From Eledone cirrhosa (taxonomy: Eukaryota), in contig OZ024755.1 of NCBI GenBank assembly GCA_964016885.1, positions 12,462,001 to 12,526,000 of the forward strand: a DNA stretch of 64,000 nucleotides. The letters are read 5' to 3'. The notes below the pieces were generated by a model. The model did not search any database and was not told the DNA's origin. It saw only the letters and a list, made by a program, of their open reading frames with translations. This document shows, in pieces, positions 56,903 through 64,000 of the stretch. Position 1 is the first letter of the stretch, and every line of letters starts with the position of its first letter. Position numbers and translations under genes: made by a program.

Positions 56903-57861
56903 ATGTCAAGTTGTCAGTAAAATGACGAATCAGTTCAGTCGAGCTCCTTTTAAACAATGAATGTCAATATCAACGAAAATTGATTTTTCCAGAATTGCTG
57001 ATTCAAACGTGTTAAACTTCATTATGTAATAATAATCGATATTATTAACAACGGAATGACATTTAATTAAATTCTGATCAATGGAGTTATCATAAAGCTA
57101 TAAATATTTCTTCAAAAGATGAAGGATGAAATCAGAAAATTGCTCCAACTGAGCCACAGAGAATTGAAATGAAAAATGATATGAAATGAACTTTACACCT
57201 CACATCTATGTTGGTTGTATCGCATAAAAAGGTTTCTCGGGTGTTTTAATGATAGTTCCCCCCCTCCCCTCCCCCCACAGTCCTATCAACTCTACGGGTT
57301 TTTGTTAAAGGTCACACCTATGTAGGTTTAGCTCGCCTCATACAAGGTTGTCTCATAGGTTTCTGGGGTGTTTTAATAATAGGGCCCTATATAGGTTTAG
57401 CAGGGTTCCTACAAGATTGTATCAAATATGTTTCTTAGATGTTTAAATGATAGGAGCCCTCAGTCCTTTTAACACTCTACGGGTTGTTACAGCTCACACC
57501 TATATAGGTTTAGCTGGCCTCCTACGAGGTTTTATCATAAGTTTCTTCGATGTTTCAATGACGGGGGTTCCAGTCCTATCAACACGCTACGGGTTGTTTC
57601 AGCTCACACACATGCAGGCTTGGATGGCCTCCTACAAGTTTGTATCTCCCAGATTTCTTAGGTGTTTTGAAGATTGAGGCTGAAAATGGAATTCAAGACA
57701 GTGGATGATATGGTAATGTTCTATTACAGGTTTCAGTTATTTGACTGCGATCATGCTAGACCAATGCTTTGAAGGGATTTAGTCGCCTCAGTACTTCTTT
57801 TTTTTTTCAAGTCATTTTATCTCTTTTTTCGAACTGCTAAGTTACAGGACATCAACACACA

Positions 57862-57913
<52 letters not shown>

Positions 57914-57917
<4 letters not shown>

Positions 57918-58122
57918 GGAAAAAGAATAAAGCAAGAACTGTGGGGGGGGGGGGGCCTCATCAGTTGTTTACTGGGGGTCTCGGATATTTCAACACGAAA
58001 TATCCGAGACTCCCAGTAGACAACTGATGAGGAAAACTCCCGACCCCGTTCTTGCTTTCTTCTTATTCTCTTTCCATTTTTAAGCCTACCTTAAATAGAA
58101 ACTACACAGCCAATCCTATCCT

Positions 58123-58125
<3 letters not shown>
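57914..58125 (+). mobile_element. Inverted-arm element with one-sided tail in (TA)n
   Basis: cctcatcagttg...ggatatttc pairs with gaaatatcc...caactgatgagg around a 5-nt loop, with degenerate outer arms and TA flanks. Confidence 0.5.
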
Positions 58126-58156
<31 letters not shown>

Positions 58157-58159
<3 letters not shown>

Positions 58160-58421
58160 AAAAAATCTGCTTCGTAGAATCAAGACGTATCTGAGGACCT
58201 TGCGATTTTTAGAGTCAGGTTCGAACATCACATCGATCGTGCCTCGAGCTGGTCGCCAGAGAAACGATTGTAATATTCCAATAAATTCCGTTCGTCGCAA
58301 CACTGATTCTCTTTTTTTCTGTGATATCATACTCTGTTCTATGAGAGCATCGAGTGCTCATACGGCCTACCGCATACGGACGCTTTAAGCATCCAACACC
58401 AATTATATATAAGCCCATCCC
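58157..58421 (+). mobile_element. Hammerhead-bearing PLE-like element, source of the adjacent array unit
   Basis: It contains a hammerhead core, GAGTGCTC at 58352-58359, and the terminal hairpin ggacgctttaagcatcc at 58378-58394. TA flanks. Confidence 0.55.
58187..58276 (+). ncRNA. Diverged type I hammerhead ribozyme
   Basis: gtat-CTGAGGA-ccttgcga...tcgccaga-GAAA-cgattg-TA-atat. Stem III is quasi-palindromic and stem I is short. Confidence 0.55.
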
Positions 58422-58443
58422 TATATATATATATATATGTGTT

Positions 58444-58458
58444 GGATGCTTAAAGCGT

Positions 58459-58496
<38 letters not shown>

Positions 58497-58509
58497 ATGC
58501 TTAAAGCGT

Positions 58510-58549
<40 letters not shown>

Positions 58550-58562
58550 ATGCTTAAAGCGT

Positions 58563-58598
<36 letters not shown>

Positions 58599-58611
58599 AT
58601 GCTTAAAGCGT

Positions 58612-58657
<46 letters not shown>

Positions 58658-58670
58658 ATGCTTAAAGCGT

Positions 58671-58722
<52 letters not shown>

Positions 58723-58735
58723 ATGCTTAAAGCGT

Positions 58736-58779
<44 letters not shown>

Positions 58780-58792
58780 ATGCTTAAAGCGT

Positions 58793-58830
<38 letters not shown>

Positions 58831-58843
58831 ATGCTTAAAGCGT

Positions 58844-58893
<50 letters not shown>

Positions 58894-58906
58894 ATGCTTA
58901 AAGCGT

Positions 58907-58942
<36 letters not shown>

Positions 58943-58955
58943 ATGCTTAAAGCGT

Positions 58956-58989
<34 letters not shown>

Positions 58990-59045
58990 ATGCTTAAAGC
59001 GTCCTATATATATATATATATATATATATAGGATGCTTAAAGCGT

Positions 59046-59079
<34 letters not shown>

Positions 59080-59092
59080 ATGCTTAAAGCGT

Positions 59093-59126
<34 letters not shown>

Positions 59127-59270
59127 ATGCTTAAAGCGTCCTATATATATATATATATATATATATAGGATGCTTAAAGCGTCCTATATATATATATATA
59201 TATATATATAGGATGCTTAAAGCGTCCTATATATATATATATATATATATATATAGGATGCTTAAAGCGT

Positions 59271-59314
<44 letters not shown>

Positions 59315-59761
59315 ATGCTTAAAGCGTCCTATATATATATATATATATATATAGGATGCTTAAAGCGTCCTATATATATATATATATATATATAGGATGC
59401 TTAAAGCGTCCTATATATATATATATATATATATAGGATGCTTAAAGCGTCCTATATATATATATATAGGATGCTTAAAGCGTCCTATATATATATATAT
59501 ATAGGATGCTTAAAGCGTCCTATATATATATATATAGGATGCTTAAAGCGTCCTATATATATATATATATAGGATGCTTAAAGCGTCCTATATATATATA
59601 TATATAGGATGCTTAAAGCGTCCTATATATATATATATATAGGATGCTTAAAGCGTCCTATATATATATATATATAGGATGCTTAAAGCGTCCTATATAT
59701 ATATATATATAGGATGCTTAAAGCGTCCTATATATATATATATATAGGATGCTTAAAGCGT

Positions 59762-59763
<2 letters not shown>
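58444..59763. repeat. Array of 30 identical 17-bp hairpin units GGATGCTTAAAGCGTCC separated by pure (TA)n spacers
   Basis: Copies counted by eye. Spacers are 16-48 nt and shorten towards the right end. Confidence 0.95.
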
Positions 59764-59801
<38 letters not shown>

Positions 59802-59804
<3 letters not shown>

Positions 59805-59989
59805 AAATAAGACCCCGACGGCTGAGCTCAAGCCGTTTCGACGGCTAATTCTGTACAGAATTAGCCGTCGAAACGGCTTGAGCTCAGCCGTCGGGGTCTT
59901 ATTTGTTCCTATTACCCACTCTACTACCCTAAGTATTGAGTACTTTGGTGCGTTATGGTCCACCTGGTTCCTTACCACATTTCCTTCGT

Positions 59990-59990
<1 letters not shown>
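59802..59990 (+). mobile_element. Palindromic PLE-like insertion, gaccccgacgg family
   Basis: Perfect palindrome centred on ctgtacag plus an ~80-bp tail ending ttccttcgtt, between (TA)n tracts. It carries a hammerhead 3' half, GAAA-cggc...gccg-TC-ggggtc. Confidence 0.7.
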
Positions 59991-60020
<30 letters not shown>

Positions 60021-60727
60021 GGATGGGCTTCTGCACAGTTTCCGTCGACCGAATTTCATTCATAATGCAATTGCGTAACATTCCATATTTAGGTATCCAG
60101 ATTAATGGACTTACGAGCTTATGATAGTGAACCGAACACTAACCACTGAACTAACTATTTGCATTCTTCGATTCGTCATAAATGTGATTAAATAAAACGT
60201 TTAAAATATAACAGGAAAAGAACTAAAACGTAAAGAATATTTTGTCAGCTGGTGGAAAGACCAGCCTACAATCTAAATATAATCCAGCCATAAAACAAAG
60301 ACATGATTGTCTTTTCAAATATTCTTTTGTTCTGGTATCAAAGATTACAGAAAGAGAAATTAAATACAAATTGAATTCTTATCAAAAGAATTCAGTAGAA
60401 AGACAAAGAAATAAACAAAACAAAATGTTAAATTATTTTTAAATGTTCACTAAAATTTACTCAAGTGTATAAACTGTAGGTTGAAGAAGAGAGCAAAAGG
60501 AAGAAAGGAGCACTTGCACAACACGCTCCTGAAGTTGAGGTTGTTCTATCTACGGGGTATTAAACAACCCATTTACGGCGCCTCCCCCCTATAGGGGATT
60601 TCGATTGTTATATTTGTTTGTTTCATATTTTTACACGATTGTATGTAATATCCCCGGCATGTGTCCTTGTTTTGTCCCCCTTTTCTTGTGCGCATTTGGC
60701 TAATAAAGAAATATATATTAAAAGAAA

Positions 60728-60917
60728 ATAATTGTTTCTACTTTTGGCACAAGTCCAGCAATTACCCAGTACATGACTGGTATTTTATTTTATCGACCCC
60801 GTAAGGATGAAAGGCAAAGTGAACCTCGGCGGGATTTGAATTCAGTCCGAAAAGGGACGTAACTCTATACTGCAAAGCAAGGCGTCCGACCCTTTACCGA
60901 TACTACCAATCCACCAT
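60728..60917 (-). mobile_element. SINE family A
   Basis: Matches the consensus. Confidence 0.85.
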
Positions 60918-61527
60918 AATGATGGTTTGGTGTTCAAGACAAAAGAATCAATATAATTTGTAAAATAAGGTGAGTTAGTGTACCGTAAGTAGAGTTATCG
61001 TGGCAAAAATTTAGAGGAGCCGTTAACTGTGTATTAACTCTTAACATTTGTAATGATTTAGAAAAAAACAAGGGTGTTAATTCATATGTTTATAGTATCT
61101 TTACTGATGGAGAGATTTTTGTTCAAATTTGCAGTAATTGATAAACGACTGAAAATGTGTGTGATGCAGTCATGGTGTTGTTTTATACTTTTCAATAATG
61201 TATTGCTCATGTGGTTTTATGGGTTAATGTCGTTTCCAATGTAATGTACTCTATGCTGAAATATACTGAGGTTAAGGTAGAGTTTTCCACAAAACTGATA
61301 TAGATTTATATGAAATGATAATTTTTATGTTGTTGCAGCTCATAACTATGTAATCTAAGCTTACCTCCTATATGTTTGCATTTAATGGGTTTCTTGGATG
61401 TTTTGATAAGGGTCATAGTCATATCATAACAATGTCTTCATGGACCGTAAAAGATACAACAAAGGTATAAACATTACATTACATTATATTATATTTTAAA
61501 AAAACTACGTAATAAATGTCTCCTTAC

Positions 61528-61749
61528 CTGAGCTGCTCCAGCAAGACTTAGTAGAAACAAAATCCATTTGGGATGTCCAAATCTTTGACATAAGTTGGGT
61601 CGTATAGAGCCCCATCCACATTTTATGTTAATATCATCCGGATTATCAGGTGGAAGTCTCTTGTGGCAATTTGGTAATTTGCCATTTTTTTCAGGCGGGG
61701 AAATGCCCCCATTTTCACTCATGGCTGTGTATGATATTGGCCCAGTCAT
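61528..61749 (-). CDS. SLCO4A1: First coding exon of an SLCO/OATP organic anion transporter (SLCO4A1/4C1-like)
   Basis: 74 codons, MTGPISY...IKCGWGSIRPNLCQRFGHPKWILFLLSLAGAAQ. The CGWGxxRPxxxQxFxxPKWxL motif precedes TM1 in OATP4-like proteins. The exon ends in phase 0 at a canonical donor, CAG|GTAAGGA (GT at 61527-61526). Subfamily assignment is tentative. Confidence 0.85.
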
Positions 61750-63714
61750 ATTTGTATATTTATGAAAATATATTAACTTGAGATAATAGGACAGGAAATT
61801 ATCTCTTATTTATCTATTTAGATGTTGATTGTATTTTATAATCTTTCCAAGTATAGCAAAAATACAGACCCCCAATAAATTTATCAACCTTACATATGTA
61901 GAAGTGCTCTTCTTTAGTTACAATTATAAAATGACAAAGAAACAAAAAAAAAAAAGAACTACTTCCGATTTCCCAGTCACGAGATCAAGTTGGCCCGAGA
62001 GATGAGATACGTAAATGTTCGATGATTAATATATGCAAATTTATCGCCTATCACGAAAGAAAAACCGGAATGTAGCCAAACAAGGAATTTATGAATAGTT
62101 TCTGAAATGATAGTAACAGCAGCCTTTTGAACTATGAGACTGCCTCCATTTGCAAGGAATTTTCTTTGAAATTAATTGTTAAACCGATGTGGTTATTACA
62201 AATACTACTACTTAACACCAGAGTTTAACTCTGTCGAACCCATCTCTAAAACCTTCCGCTCAATGGAATGGACAAGCGAACTGATATGTATGTTTATCAC
62301 CCTTAACATCGAATTCTATTTAAATACAGTACTTAACCATAAAATGCTTAAGTTTAAGCTGCAATAGTTTACATGCATATATATGTAAATAAGCACATAT
62401 ATTTATTAGAAATTATATACGGACTTACGCACATACATATATATGCACATTTCTAAATATAATTCAGAAAAAAAAATAAAACCCGTACAAGTTAAATAAA
62501 GAATGATGATTACTTTAGCCTGAAAAATATATTATTGGTCGTGATACGAATGTAAATACTTCTAGTATATAGTTGTCTCAAAATGGTAGAATTGTTTAAA
62601 GGTGAAAAAGAAGAGCCACCTGTTTTCCCAATTTGTTTCGTTTTAACAACTCAGTTGTTTTGAGGACGAAAAAATAAAACTAAAAAAAAAAATAAACTGC
62701 TTTTATATCCCCTTTGATATTTATCCCGTTGGTACACTTATGTAAAGATATGATTATTTAAATGTATTTGCTTAAGCATTATATTTAAAATATAAAAAGC
62801 TGCAGGTAATTATATCTGAGGAGGTGTTTTAATAGTTTGGTAAAACCACGTTCTCAACTTTGTAGCTTCGTTTTCCTCTCTGTCGACTTTCCTTTTTTCA
62901 CTTAAGCTGCAAAGATCTGGTAGAGAGAGAAAAAAAAATAAAGCAGGATTAATATAAAATATCAATGTGATTACATATTTATTGATTACTTAAACATGTA
63001 TATGCAGTGCCGGATTTAGCCATAAGATAAACCAGCTACAGCTTAGTTCATGTTGATAGGGATTGAAGGCCCCTTTCATTAAAAACACTCCAGAATCATT
63101 CTATGAGATGCAACCTCGTAAGAGGCCAGCTAAACCTGAATAGCTGTGATCTATAACAATAGTATAGGACTGGAGGTCCCGTTACTAAAAAATTCGACAA
63201 ACTTCCGTAATGCAGATTCGTAGGAAGCTAGCTAAATCGAAAAAAGTGTGGGCTGTAATGGTAGGAATAGGACTCGTACCTATGAGATACAATCTCCTAG
63301 GGAGCCAGCTAAACTTGTATAGGTATGAGTAGTACATTTCATTCCACATGGGCCTCAAAATAATTGAAGGCATATATGGTTTCTATTTTTGTTTAAACAA
63401 TGGCCCCCCAACAATTTCGTAGTTTAGGGACCACTGCACATGTTATAGTTCTGTCATTTAATACATCACACATGATAAATGTTATCTTTCTAAATTATAT
63501 TTACACTTTTACATTATTTCGTTTTTGGATTTAAATTAAAATGATATGAAATTTCAAGCGAAAACAGAAACTAGAGCATAAACCAAATTAGTTGAGGGTT
63601 AGTGGTAAGAAACTCACAGGAGAGCTGGACAGCAGAAGGTTTTCAGGGAAGAACCCCCTAACCCCACCTTAACAAGTGTTTTGGCCCTTGACTTCTAGAA
63701 GCTGAAATACGTGC

Positions 63715-63849
63715 TTGATTATGCATTACTGTTACTTTATCGACCCTGAAAGCTAACCTCAGCAGGATCTAAAATCAGAACGTAAAGGCCGTAAATCTAT
63801 GCCACAAAACACAGTGTTCGACATTCTACTGATACTGCCAATACACCAC
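63715..63849 (-). mobile_element. Diverged SINE family A
   Basis: Degenerate match to the consensus. Confidence 0.6.
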
Positions 63850-64000
63850 CCTAACTTCTATTACTCCAATGCTACATAATATTGCTTTGGCTATTTTTGG
63901 CTCTCGTCTTTGGCAATGCCGTATTGCTGATCTTAGACCGGACATTAAACTTAGCTTTGTTCCCTTTCTTATTCCAATCATGTAATTTTCTCCTTCATAT

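Noticed and set aside
57997-58040. Permuted hammerhead (GAAA ... CTGATGAGG)
   Set aside because: No valid stem III/UH site or stem I. The same applies to the ctga(t/c)ga motifs near 12232, 13005 and 19745.
58444-59763. CRISPR array
   Set aside because: The spacers are pure (TA)n with no information content, the repeat is only 17 bp, the context is eukaryotic, and there are no cas genes.
62780-62940. Possible 5' UTR exon of the SLCO gene (minus-strand polypyrimidine tract plus CAG at 62917)
   Set aside because: The acceptor looks strong, but there is no convincing donor and no expression evidence.

Overview
AT-rich, microsatellite-dense eukaryotic DNA, most likely from an octopus or other coleoid cephalopod. 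This attribution rests on my recognition of the SINE families and the (TA)n/(CA)n/(GA)n load, not on a search. Nearly all ORFs in the supplied track are microsatellite artefacts. The only host coding sequence I can support is one minus-strand exon (61749-61528) encoding the N-terminus of an SLCO/OATP organic anion transporter. It ends at a CAG|GTAAG donor, and I found no further exon, so the rest of the window is probably one intron of more than 61 kb. That region holds more than 20 tRNA-derived SINEs, four copies of a ~600-bp non-autonomous RTE-type retroposon, LINE and mariner debris, and MITEs. The most notable content is a set of short, mostly sequence-unrelated elements embedded in (TA)n tracts. 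They share three traits: a type I hammerhead ribozyme with a palindromic stem III, a long inverted arm with a one-sided tail (Penelope-like pLTR architecture), and an 8-bp quasi-palindrome GAG(T/C)(A/G)CT(C/T) about 35-60 nt from the 3' end. One of them is followed by a 30-copy array of its own terminal 17-bp hairpin, separated by pure (TA)n spacers. Repeat boundaries were placed by eye and may be off by a few bases.
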